Source: an uncultured Bacteroidales bacterium (lineage in GTDB: Bacteria; Bacteroidota; Bacteroidia; Bacteroidales; F082). Taken from it: 64,000 nt of DNA. Within the stretch, counting starts at the first letter, position 1, and each line of letters begins with the position of its first letter. Below are positions 26,648 through 35,417 of this stretch, one piece after another. Location of the stretch: positions 1,780 to 65,779 of the forward strand of contig CAMHRP010000020.1 in the NCBI GenBank assembly GCA_946187645.1. The letters are read 5' to 3'. Position numbers and translations under genes: made by a program. The notes below the pieces were generated by a model. It saw nothing but the letters and a program-made list of their open reading frames with translations. It did not search any database and was not told the DNA's origin.

Positions 26648-28933
26648 CTAGTTCTGTTTAATCAACTTCACCGTGGTAACGGCATCATTCTCATCCACAA
26701 TACGGACGAAATACAAGCCTTGTGGCCAAGTTGCCACTTCGACTGTATTGTTCGCTCCTTGATACACCATTTGTCCCAAGACATCAAATGCCTTGATTTC
26801 CTTGATTTTGCCTTCGATAGTGAATCGATCCGAGGCAGGATTAGGATAAAGCATCGGATGGGAGGTGCTTTCCGAAACCGATGTCACTTCGACCGTTACC
26901 GATGAAGGATCCGATTCACAATACTCGTTTGGACGCTCGTAAGTCACAAGCACGATATATTCCGTAGCACCGATCTCATTAGAGGCATCAAAATACGACC
27001 TCTGTGATGGATCTTCAATTTCAGCAATCACGGAAGGAGCATCATTCTCCTTTCTCAGTATTATATAACTCTGGAACTCATCGGTTCGGCCTTCCCAATC
27101 CCAAGTCAACAGAGCACCAAATTCATCACTGCCATTCCACTGGTAAGTACCATTCAAATTAGAAACAGGCGGACAACCCATCGTACAATTAATCTCGTAT
27201 TCGGTGATAACACCCACCTCGGGATAACCATTTGAGGCCACAATCAAGTTGTCGTCCCAGTCATAAATCTCGTATGACACTTCAGAAAGGCTACCATGTG
27301 AATAGCATGTGTTGTCGTAAGTCCAAAAGAAAGTAGCGGTCTGGTATTTCGGCACGGGCACAATCAACGAGGCGGAACCTCCATCCCACAAGCCCACTCG
27401 CTGCGAGACCTTGCCGTCCTCGTCAAGCACAGCGATGAATGACATGTCCCAGCCGTTACCACCCGCATCGGACAACTCAAAACGCAAGTCACAATTGGTC
27501 CCCACCAACACGGTGTCGCGAGCCACCTTGCTCATCCCAGCAGCGTTCACTGAATACACCGTATAATAATATGTGCCATACTCAAGACCATAATCATCAA
27601 AATAAACCGCCTCGTCTGTCACATCGGTCATCATCTCAACCACTTCACCATCGCGCATGATGACAATTGTATCAATCTTCGAAAGAGCAGTCCCATTACG
27701 GGTTTCATAGACGGGATTGAAGGTCAGTTCCACCTCTCCATGATCGAAAACGGCACGAGCCTCTATGTTCTCCACCGCCTTTGGAGCATCATAATAATCG
27801 TCGGCAGGATGCAGGTTAAAGACAGCATTGTGATACCAGGGGAAGGAATAGAATGTCAAATAAAAACCATCAATGGTGTAATAGCCATTGTCAAAACCTG
27901 CCCAGCCCCAGTTGAGGTGGAACATATAGAAATCGTCATAGCCATCAAGCACATAGGCGTGACCTCCCGCATCCCCTTGTGAAGCATAATAGAGGGGCAT
28001 TCCTGCATCTAAGTTATCGACCAGATCTTCTTCCCATTGGAATGAGTCATACTGATAACGGTGTTGCAAGTCAGGGCTATACCTAAAATACTCTTGCATG
28101 CTCGGACCCACATTCTCCGAGTAGGCACCGCTAGCATTGGCACCATAGCCCATGTCGACACTCACACCAGCATGGTATTCCAGCAAAGCCGTGGCATCCA
28201 CCTCCGACTGCGGGCTGGCAAAGTCGAGGAAGTCGGGCATCAGCTCAAAGCGGTAGGTTGCCTCACCGAAATTGGCCTCTTGCCAGCCATAATTGCCGTA
28301 ATTGCTATTGGCATTATAGCCATGACTGCCCTGACCGTGACGCGGCCATTCCCAATAGCGCATGATTTGGCTCATCGTATTGGCCACACAGCCCGACTTG
28401 CAATGTCCACTGTAGACTGAATTGGGGTCTTCGGGAGCCATGTTGTTGTAAAGGTCGGTCTGGTTCCAGATGGAAGACAAAAGCGGCTCTACACTGCGAT
28501 TGGCTCTCCGACTGCTCAATTTACCGGTTTCGGCAAGGCTGTTCCAGTCGGCAACGGCCTGTTCGGTACGCTCGTCATTGTTGGCGAACATCTGGCTGAA
28601 GCCTGCCTTGTAGTTGTCGAAGAAAGTCATCAGACCATCGGGGAGTTGTGGGGTGAAATTGCTTTCGGTGGAATAGCCCAAGATGGGTTTGGCTCGGTCG
28701 TCGGCACTGACGATGACGAAGCCCTTCGGCTGGACCGCGAAGACATAAAAGGCCGCCTGGCCATTGTCAGCGCAGGCCGTGTAAACCAAATCAGCCTTGG
28801 CCGACCTGATTTCAGTGTTGGTGTTCATAAACTTGATGCCCAGCGACTTGGCTGTATTGACATCAACGGGTTTGGCTTGAAGTCCGCCGAAAAACAGCGT
28901 GACCATCAGAAAGAATACAAATGTACGTTTCAT
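26648..28933 (-). CDS. C10-family (streptopain-like) cysteine peptidase with T9SS C-terminal sorting domain
   Basis: Signal peptide from MKRTFVFFLMV, Spi-like pro-domain, catalytic Cys context SGCVANTMSQIMRYW, His context GGHAYVLDGYD...HLNWGWAG, CTD LYPNPASDRFTIE...GLYFVRI. Confidence 0.85.
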   Translation of the reverse strand: MKRTFVFFLMVTLFFGGLQAKPVDVNTAKSLGIKFMNTNTEIRSAKADLVYTACADNGQAAFYVFAVQPKGFVIVSADDRAKPILGYSTESNFTPQLPDGLMTFFDNYKAGFSQMFANNDERTEQAVADWNSLAETGKLSSRRANRSVEPLLSSIWNQTDLYNNMAPEDPNSVYSGHCKSGCVANTMSQIMRYWEWPRHGQGSHGYNANSNYGNYGWQEANFGEATYRFELMPDFLDFASPQSEVDATALLEYHAGVSVDMGYGANASGAYSENVGPSMQEYFRYSPDLQHRYQYDSFQWEEDLVDNLDAGMPLYYASQGDAGGHAYVLDGYDDFYMFHLNWGWAGFDNGYYTIDGFYLTFYSFPWYHNAVFNLHPADDYYDAPKAVENIEARAVFDHGEVELTFNPVYETRNGTALSKIDTIVIMRDGEVVEMMTDVTDEAVYFDDYGLEYGTYYYTVYSVNAAGMSKVARDTVLVGTNCDLRFELSDAGGNGWDMSFIAVLDEDGKVSQRVGLWDGGSASLIVPVPKYQTATFFWTYDNTCYSHGSLSEVSYEIYDWDDNLIVASNGYPEVGVITEYEINCTMGCPPVSNLNGTYQWNGSDEFGALLTWDWEGRTDEFQSYIILRKENDAPSVIAEIEDPSQRSYFDASNEIGATEYIVLVTYERPNEYCESDPSSVTVEVTSVSESTSHPMLYPNPASDRFTIEGKIKEIKAFDVLGQMVYQGANNTVEVATWPQGLYFVRIVDENDAVTTVKLIKQN

Positions 28934-28958
28934 GATACTAGAATTTTTTGTTATTAGG

Positions 28959-29324
28959 TTAATTATCAGTATTCTGCACCAAAACGAAAGTGTTATTGTC
29001 GTTTTCCTTTGGCACATATCCTTGGTTATAAACAAAGTGATAGACGGCACCAGCCTTGGTCGTGTAAGTACTCGTAAAGTACTTGAAGTCAAAGCCTTTC
29101 TCGTTCAGTTGTTGGCGGGTAGCGAAGCCTTTTCCGTTGGGATTCAGCTCCGTCAGGATATTATGGTTACGGGCCAAGATGCCGTTGATTTTCCGAATTA
29201 CGTTGACTTGTTTGTGTGTTTTCTCGTAGTTGTAGCTGTTGCGGCACGAGTCGCAGCAAAACTTCTTGTCGAGGCGACCGATTAAAGGCTCACCACAGTA
29301 TAGGCATTTTCTTTTTTCGTCCAT
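28959..29324 (-). CDS. Zn-ribbon protein (DUF2116-like)
   Basis: CLYCGEPL...KKFCCDSCR four-Cys ribbon at the N-terminus, 121 aa. Confidence 0.6.
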   Translation of the reverse strand: MDEKRKCLYCGEPLIGRLDKKFCCDSCRNSYNYEKTHKQVNVIRKINGILARNHNILTELNPNGKGFATRQQLNEKGFDFKYFTSTYTTKAGAVYHFVYNQGYVPKENDNNTFVLVQNTDN

Positions 29325-29327
29325 GAA

Positions 29328-29363
29328 TGTTGAATTGTTGATTGTTTAATTGTTTAATTGTTG
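29328..29363 (-). repeat. G-free 36-nt leader repeat, copy 1 (gene sense CAACAATTAAACAATTAAACAATCAACAATTCAACA)
   Basis: It fills the whole spacer between the DUF4159 stop and the next start. It matches 34785-34820 at 35 of 36 positions, in the same orientation relative to the downstream gene. Confidence 0.85.
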
Positions 29364-30011
29364 TTATTTGGTGAAGACATATCGTAAGATATTTGCGCCC
29401 ATCTTAAGGGCTTTTTCGCGCGTCTCTTGCGAGTCGTGGTGAACGCGTTGGTCTTCCCAGCCATCGCCGAGGTCGCATTCGTAGGTGAAGATACAAACAA
29501 TTCTACCTTCGTAAATCAAAGCGAAGAGTTGAGGCGGTTTGTTGTCATGTTCATGAATCTTCGGCAAGCCATTCGGGAAGGCATACGGCTTTTGGAATAT
29601 CTCATGCGTGTAAGGCAGTTCCACAAAGTCCAATTCGGGGAACACCTTTTTCATCTGAGGCTCGATGTATTGGCGGATGCCATAGTTGTCGTCGATGTGC
29701 AGGAAACCGCCAGCCAGCATGTAGTTGCGCAGGTTTTGCGCCTCGGCGGCATCGAAGATCACATTGCCGTGACCCGTCATGTAGACATAGGGATAGTTGA
29801 ACAAGTCAGGAGACGACGGTTCTACCGTCGGCACATTGGGATTGATGTCGGTGCCGATCTCTTGGTTGCAGAAACGCACCAAGTTGGGCAATGAGGTCGG
29901 GTTGCCGTACCAGTCCCCTCCCCCACGGTATTTCAGCAAAGCGATGTTGAGTTGCTGGGCTGAGGCAACGAACGAGAAGGACAGCAATATGGCAATCAAC
30001 AATTTCTTCAT
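29364..30011 (-). CDS. DUF4159 domain protein
   Basis: Signal peptide MKKLLIAILLSFSFVASAQ, KYRGGGDWYGNPTSLPNL, MTGHGN...GGFLHIDDNYG. The ORF-track extension to 30242 overlaps rsmE and is rejected. Confidence 0.8.
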   Translation of the reverse strand: MKKLLIAILLSFSFVASAQQLNIALLKYRGGGDWYGNPTSLPNLVRFCNQEIGTDINPNVPTVEPSSPDLFNYPYVYMTGHGNVIFDAAEAQNLRNYMLAGGFLHIDDNYGIRQYIEPQMKKVFPELDFVELPYTHEIFQKPYAFPNGLPKIHEHDNKPPQLFALIYEGRIVCIFTYECDLGDGWEDQRVHHDSQETREKALKMGANILRYVFTK

Positions 30012-30066
30012 TTCAGCGTATTTCTTTTTATCAAGAATTTCAGAATTAGAGAAGTTTCTTTTTGAA

Positions 30067-30810
30067 TTATTTTGAATTAGAGGCAAAATTGCTGGCAATT
30101 TTGCCCTTAATCTGGTTGATGAGTTGAATGGTGTGACAAGCCACGATAGCGGCCGTCTCTGTACGCAATCGTGCTTCGCCCAAGCTGCACGGAACGAAGC
30201 CGTTCTTCTTGGCCAAGGCCACTTCCTCAGGACTGAAGTCACCTTCGGGGCCTATGAGCACCAAGGCGTTTTCACCTTTATTATATAAGTCGCAGAGGCA
30301 GTCTTTCACGTCGTCGTCAATCCAGGCGATGAACTTTTGTCCCTCGAAGGGTTGCTTCACCAATTTGTCGAACGGCACCAAATCCTCCACCTTCGGAAGG
30401 CGCGACTTGATGCTCTGCTTCATGGCCGCTATCATCACCTTTTGGAAGCGTTCCACGTTGGCAGCGCGACGCTCGGAATGATAGGAAGTGAACAGTTTTA
30501 CCTTGTCGATGCCGATTTCAGTAGCTTTCTCCAAAAACCACTCCGTACGCTCGTTGAGTTTGGTTGGTGCGATGGCGATTTCAAGGGTGAAGCCCCAGTG
30601 GTCATACCCTTTGCGCTGGTTCGTCAGGTTGACGGTGGCCCGCTTGGGCAAAGCCTCCACCAACTCGGCATCGAAGAGATAGCCTTCGCCGTTGGTGACG
30701 CAGAAATGCTCACCCTCGGTCATGCGCAGCACCTTGACGCAGTGCTTCGACTCGTCCTCGGGAAGGGTCGTCAGGCCTTCAGTGGCATTGGGTATGTAGA
30801 AAACATTCAA
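30067..30810 (-). CDS. rsmE: 16S rRNA (uracil1498-N3)-methyltransferase
   Basis: PUA-like N-domain (HCVKVLRM..GE) and SPOUT C-domain (LIGPEGDFSPEE...LGEARLRTETA). Confidence 0.9.
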   Translation of the reverse strand: MNVFYIPNATEGLTTLPEDESKHCVKVLRMTEGEHFCVTNGEGYLFDAELVEALPKRATVNLTNQRKGYDHWGFTLEIAIAPTKLNERTEWFLEKATEIGIDKVKLFTSYHSERRAANVERFQKVMIAAMKQSIKSRLPKVEDLVPFDKLVKQPFEGQKFIAWIDDDVKDCLCDLYNKGENALVLIGPEGDFSPEEVALAKKNGFVPCSLGEARLRTETAAIVACHTIQLINQIKGKIASNFASNSK

Positions 30811-30887
30811 GGATTCAAAGATTTAAATTTAAAGATTAAAAGATTCGGGGGCTTGCGCAATTTTGAATTTTGATATTAAATTATGAA

Positions 30888-32699
30888 TTACATCCTATTC
30901 GGCATACCAATACCCAGCAATTCTGACGCATTGCGCAGCAAGGCGGCCACCATGTCGCACACCTGCAAGCGGAACATGCGGCGGTCGGCATCGGGCTCCT
31001 TCAGGATGCTGCACTCTTGGTAGAACTGGTTGAATTCCTTGGCGAGGTCGAAGATGAAGTTGGCAATCATCGCGGGGCTACGGTTTTCGGCGGCTTGGTT
31101 CAGCACCATCGGCCAGCCGTACATCATCACGATGATTTCTTTCTCCTTGGGCTGCAAGTCGCTGACTTTTACCTCGCTTTCGAGCTTGATGCCTTGTTCC
31201 TCAGCCTTGCGCAGCACCGAGCAGATACGGGCGTGGGTGTATTGCACAAACGGGCCCGTGTTGCCGTTGAAGTCGATGGACTCCTCAGGATTGAAGAGCA
31301 TGGTCTTCTTCGGGTCGACCTTGAGGATGAAATACTTCAAGGCACCCAGTCCGATGGTATGATAGAGTTTGTCGGCCTCCTCGGGCGAAAGGTCTTTGGC
31401 CTTGCCGAGTTCGTCGGAGACGGCCTTGGCCGTGGCCACCATCTCATCCATGAGGTCGTCGGCATCGACCACAGTGCCCTCGCGCGACTTCATCTTACCA
31501 TTGGGCAGTTCGACCATGCCGTAGGAAAGGTGCTCAATGTCATTACCCCACTCGCGACCGAGACGCACCAAAACGCGCTTCAGCACATCGAAGTGGTAGA
31601 TTTGCTCGTTACCCACGACATAAATCAGCTTCTCTGGGTCGTATTCCTTGACACGCAGTTGGGCGGTGCCAAGGTCTTGGGTCATATAGACCGAGGTGCC
31701 GTCGCGGCGGAGCAGGAGCTTCTCATCCAAACCCTCGTCGCGGAGGTCGCACCACACGGAGTTGTCATCGCGGCGATAGAGCACGCCTTTTTCGAGACCT
31801 TCCTGCACCAATGCCTTACCCAGCAGATAGGTCTGTGATTCGTAGTAAATCTTCTCAAAGGATACACCCATACGCTTGTAGGTCACATCGAAGCCGTCGT
31901 ACACCCATTGGTTCATGGTCTCCCACAGGTGGCGAACTTCTGGGTCATTGGCTTCCCATTTCACCAACATCTCGCGTGCTTCCTGCATCAGCTTAGACTC
32001 AGCTTCGGCCTTGGCCTTGGCTTCTTCCTTGGCTTTCTCGTCCAAGGTGTCGTAATCGGCAGGCAGCAAGGATTTCACCTCTTCTTTGAACTTCTTGTCG
32101 AACAGCACATAGAAGTCACCGATGAGATGGTCGCCCTTCTTGCCCGTCGACTCGGGCGTGCAGCCGTTGCCCCACTTCAGCCAGGCCAACATGCTCTTGC
32201 AGATGTGGATGCCACGGTCGTTGACCAAGTTGACACGCACCACTCTCTTGCCATTGGCTTTCATTATTTCGGAGACACTCCAGCCAAGAAGGTTATTACG
32301 GATATGGCCCAAATGCAAGGGCTTGTTCGTGTTGGGCGAGGAATACTCGATGACCACATTTTTGCCTGAAACAGGTTTGCGGCCAAACTCACGGTTCTCG
32401 TGATTCACCTTGAAGAAATCCATCCAGAACTTATCGGAAATCAACAGGTTAAGGAATCCTTTCACCACATTAAACTTGGCGATCATGTCTGATTCCTTGA
32501 TCATCTCGGCACCCATCTCGTTGGCTAATTGTTCGGGATTGCGACCCGCCAATTTCACGAAGGGGAACACCACGATGGTCATGTCGCCTTCAAACTCAGG
32601 GCGCGTCTTCTGGAAATTCACCTGCTGCACAGGCGGTTCCTGTCCGTATAAGGTCTTGAACGACTTTATGAATAATTCTCTTAGTACTTGTTCTAACAT
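30888..32699 (-). CDS. argS: arginine--tRNA ligase
   Basis: 603 aa. SSPNTNKPLHLGHIRN (HIGH), the KMKSREG (KMSK-like) motif, C-terminal anticodon-binding domain ending ..NRM. Confidence 0.95.
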   Translation of the reverse strand: MLEQVLRELFIKSFKTLYGQEPPVQQVNFQKTRPEFEGDMTIVVFPFVKLAGRNPEQLANEMGAEMIKESDMIAKFNVVKGFLNLLISDKFWMDFFKVNHENREFGRKPVSGKNVVIEYSSPNTNKPLHLGHIRNNLLGWSVSEIMKANGKRVVRVNLVNDRGIHICKSMLAWLKWGNGCTPESTGKKGDHLIGDFYVLFDKKFKEEVKSLLPADYDTLDEKAKEEAKAKAEAESKLMQEAREMLVKWEANDPEVRHLWETMNQWVYDGFDVTYKRMGVSFEKIYYESQTYLLGKALVQEGLEKGVLYRRDDNSVWCDLRDEGLDEKLLLRRDGTSVYMTQDLGTAQLRVKEYDPEKLIYVVGNEQIYHFDVLKRVLVRLGREWGNDIEHLSYGMVELPNGKMKSREGTVVDADDLMDEMVATAKAVSDELGKAKDLSPEEADKLYHTIGLGALKYFILKVDPKKTMLFNPEESIDFNGNTGPFVQYTHARICSVLRKAEEQGIKLESEVKVSDLQPKEKEIIVMMYGWPMVLNQAAENRSPAMIANFIFDLAKEFNQFYQECSILKEPDADRRMFRLQVCDMVAALLRNASELLGIGMPNRM

Positions 32700-32813
32700 A
32701 ACCTAATATTTTACATTGGTGCAAAAGTAGTAAATAAGCCCCAAATGTGTAACAAAAAACAAGGAAAAAAATGAGACTTAAAACGCATTCATTCTCCATA
32801 AGCAAATATTTTG

Positions 32814-32821
32814 TATTTTTG
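32814..32821 (+). promoter_or_regulatory. -7 box (TATTTTTG)
   Basis: TAnnTTTG 19 nt before the ATG at 32841. Confidence 0.45.
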
Positions 32822-32840
32822 TCACCTCAATAGAAACATC

Positions 32841-33491
32841 ATGGAAAATCCGAAATTCGTTATCGCCATCAACCGCGAGTTCGGCTCGGGTGGCAGAGAG
32901 ATTGCCTACAAACTCGGCGAGCTGCTCAATGTCAATGTATACGACAAGGCCATTCTTGACACCTTAACCAACAAGTTCAACCTGACCGTTGAGGAAATGC
33001 AGCGCATCAAAGCTGCCAAACCTAACTGGTGGAATGAGTTCTGCCGGTTCTATCAACAGTTCGGTGCAGCTGGGCGGGGTGGATACACACCGCAAGAAGA
33101 CCGAGAGGTGACCTCGCAACAGATCTACCTTGCCGAGACGCAAATACTCCGCGACCTGGCCTCGCAGGAATCATGCGTCATCATCGGGCGTTCAGGATTC
33201 CATATTTTCAGAAACCATCCTTATGCCATGAGAATCTTCTTCATCGCCGACAGAAAAGCCCGTGTGAAACGCGTCATGGAAAAGTTTGCCTTGGACGAGG
33301 ACGCTGCCAGCATGCGCATCGATAAGATCGACGATGCTCGCGACACCTACACACAGACTGTCGCTGGCGTGTCGCGTTACGATGCCCGCAACTACGACTT
33401 CGTATTCAACGTCACCCAGTTCCCCACCGACCTTGTGGCGCAGTTTCTCGCCGACAACATCAGGAAGAAGTATCCGTTCATAGTGAAATGA
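32841..33491 (+). CDS. cytidylate kinase-like family protein
   Basis: INREFGSGGREIA P-loop variant typical of this family. Confidence 0.75.
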   Translation: MENPKFVIAINREFGSGGREIAYKLGELLNVNVYDKAILDTLTNKFNLTVEEMQRIKAAKPNWWNEFCRFYQQFGAAGRGGYTPQEDREVTSQQIYLAETQILRDLASQESCVIIGRSGFHIFRNHPYAMRIFFIADRKARVKRVMEKFALDEDAASMRIDKIDDARDTYTQTVAGVSRYDARNYDFVFNVTQFPTDLVAQFLADNIRKKYPFIVK

Positions 33492-33630
33492 GCTAAGATC
33501 GACCGAAATTGAAGATATACCGATAATTCCATTGTCTTTGACTATTTGAAAGCCCCGTTATGAAAGAAAATGTAATTCATTTATTATTTCTTTTTTCTTC
33601 ATAAACTCACCATCAAACCGAAAACTTTCC

Positions 33631-33638
33631 TATCTTTG
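33631..33638 (+). promoter_or_regulatory. -7 box (TATCTTTG) of the pyrBI leader
   Basis: TAnnTTTG 7 nt before the leader ATG at 33646. Confidence 0.5.
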
Positions 33639-33645
33639 CAGTCCG

Positions 33646-33789
33646 ATGAGATACTTAAACAAGCCATCGGAAAAGATTATCACCACGGAATCAAAGGGTT
33701 CCACAAAATTGAATTTCCTACTTTTTCATATTGACGGTCACATTGTCGACCGTCTTTTTTTTGCCAAGTTCAACAAACTAAATCGATAA
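33646..33789 (+). CDS. putative pyrBI leader peptide (47 aa)
   Basis: ATG...TAA ORF ([47 protein letters not shown]) that reads through the attenuator hairpin and ends 4 nt before the pyrB ATG. Confidence 0.45.
   Translation: MRYLNKPSEKIITTESKGSTKLNFLLFHIDGHIVDRLFFAKFNKLNR
33733..33762 (+). terminator. attenuator: intrinsic terminator inside the pyrBI leader
   Basis: GACGGTC-acattgtc-GACCGTC followed by TTTTTTTT, preceded by T-rich CTACTTTTTCATATT. Confidence 0.6.
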
Positions 33790-33793
33790 GCCT

Positions 33794-34714
33794 ATGTCAA
33801 TTTCACTGAAAAACCGCAGCCTGATTTCCATCAGCGACTACACGCCTGAAGAAATCTGCCATGTCCTCGACATCGCCGAGGACTTCGAGAAAAACCCGCA
33901 CCAGAACCTGCTGAACGGGCGCATCATCGCCTCGCTCTTCTTCGAGCCTTCCACCCGTACGCGCCTGAGCTTCGAGACCGCCATCCAGCTCTTGGGCGGC
34001 AACGTCATCGGCTTCAGCAGCACCGCCGGAACGAGCATCCAGAAGGGCGAATCCCTTGCCGACACCATCACCATGGTGGCCAGCTATGCCGACCTTATCG
34101 TTATGCGTAACCCCATTGAAGGCTCGGCACGCTTTGCCTCTGAAGTGTCGAAGGTGCCGGTCATCAACGCGGGCGACGGTGCCAACCAACACCCCACCCA
34201 GTGCATGCTCGACCTCTACAGCATCCGCAAGACGCAAGGCACACTTGAGAACCTTGAGATTACCCTCGTCGGCGACCTGAAATACGGCCGCACCGTCCAC
34301 AGCCTCGTGGAGGCCATGTGCAACTTCAACGCAAAGTTCAACCTCGTCTCGCCCGTCGAGCTGAAACTGCCGAGCGTGGTGAAGCAACACATCAAGGACC
34401 GCAACCTCGAATACCACCAGTACACCGAGCTGGAGGACGCCATCCCCCACTCCGACATCATCTACATGACCCGCATACAGCGCGAACGCTTCCCCGATCC
34501 CGAGGAATACGAGAAGGTGAAGAACTCTTATGTGCTGCGCAACGCCATGCTGGAGAACTCCAAACCCAACTGCCGTGTGCTGCACCCGCTGCCGCGCGTC
34601 AACGAGATCCACGTGGACGTCGACGCCAATCCGAAAGCCTACTACTTCCAACAGGCGCAAAATGGCGTGTATGCCCGTCAAGCACTTATAGCATCCATCC
34701 TTGGACTAAAATGA
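33794..34714 (+). CDS. pyrB: aspartate carbamoyltransferase catalytic subunit
   Basis: [17 protein letters not shown] and HPLPR motifs. Confidence 0.95.
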   Translation: MSISLKNRSLISISDYTPEEICHVLDIAEDFEKNPHQNLLNGRIIASLFFEPSTRTRLSFETAIQLLGGNVIGFSSTAGTSIQKGESLADTITMVASYADLIVMRNPIEGSARFASEVSKVPVINAGDGANQHPTQCMLDLYSIRKTQGTLENLEITLVGDLKYGRTVHSLVEAMCNFNAKFNLVSPVELKLPSVVKQHIKDRNLEYHQYTELEDAIPHSDIIYMTRIQRERFPDPEEYEKVKNSYVLRNAMLENSKPNCRVLHPLPRVNEIHVDVDANPKAYYFQQAQNGVYARQALIASILGLK

Positions 34715-34784
34715 TACAAGTCGGCGTTTCGACAGGCTCAACGACCTTAGCTTATGCAGGTCCCTGAGCCTGTCGAAGGGCCGT

Positions 34785-34820
34785 CAACAATTAAACAATT
34801 AAACAACCAACAATTCAACA
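34785..34820 (+). repeat. G-free 36-nt leader repeat, copy 2 (CAACAATTAAACAATTAAACAACCAACAATTCAACA)
   Basis: It ends 10 nt upstream of the pyrI ATG and matches copy 1 at 35 of 36 positions. Confidence 0.85.
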
Positions 34821-34830
34821 TATAGCAGAC

Positions 34831-35298
34831 ATGGAAAAAAAGAAAGAACTGACCGTGAGCGCCATTGAGAATGGCACCGTCATCGACCATATCCCCGCCG
34901 ACAAAGTGTTCCAAGTCGTCAAGATCCTAGGCTTGGAGAAAGTCAGCAACCCCGTGTATTTCGGCACCAATGTGGAGAGCAAGAAATACGGCACCAAGGG
35001 CTTCATCAAAGTCTCCAACAAGTACTTCGAGCCCGAAGACGTGAACAAGATTGCCCTCGTCGCCCCCACCGCCTCCATCATCGAAATCAAGGACTTCGAG
35101 GTCATCAGGAAGCAGACCGTGACCATCCCGGATCGCATCGAGCACATCGTGAAGTGCTTCAATCCGAACTGCGTCACCAACAAGGAACATGACGTGCCGA
35201 CCAAATTCACCGTCATCAAGGACGCGCAGGGCAACATCAAGCTGCACTGCCACTATTGCGAAAAGAACACCACACAAGATAAGTTGGAATTCATCTGA
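34831..35298 (+). CDS. pyrI: aspartate carbamoyltransferase regulatory subunit
   Basis: VSAIENGTVIDHIP and the C-terminal Zn domain CFNPNC...CHYC. Confidence 0.95.
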   Translation: MEKKKELTVSAIENGTVIDHIPADKVFQVVKILGLEKVSNPVYFGTNVESKKYGTKGFIKVSNKYFEPEDVNKIALVAPTASIIEIKDFEVIRKQTVTIPDRIEHIVKCFNPNCVTNKEHDVPTKFTVIKDAQGNIKLHCHYCEKNTTQDKLEFI

Positions 35299-35303
35299 TT
35301 TTT

Positions 35304-35403
35304 ACCATGACTATTGACCATGACAATGACCATTTCAGCCCATGGTGTGGAAATCGGCCTCCAAGGTGTCGCTGTCATAGTTATGGTCAGTGGTCATAGT
35401 CAA
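35304..35403. repeat. long imperfect hairpin with TGACCAT/TGACAA sub-repeat arms
   Basis: ACCATGACTATTGACCATGACAATGACCAT ... GCTGTCATAGTTATGGTCAGTGGTCATAGTCAA between pyrI and lemA. Confidence 0.65.
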
Positions 35404-35417
35404 CGAAAACACTACTC

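Noticed and set aside
26648-29092. N-terminal extensions of ORF-track entries (29092 for the C10 protease, 30242 for DUF4159, 22192 for rpoZ-like, 22571 for DUF4835, 16561, 9179, 15053, 12364, 2911, 37545, 40639, 54030).
   Set aside because: The extensions overlap upstream genes, terminators or promoter boxes, and lack signal-peptide logic. Internal ATGs just after a TAnnTTTG box, or at a signal peptide, give the sensible products.
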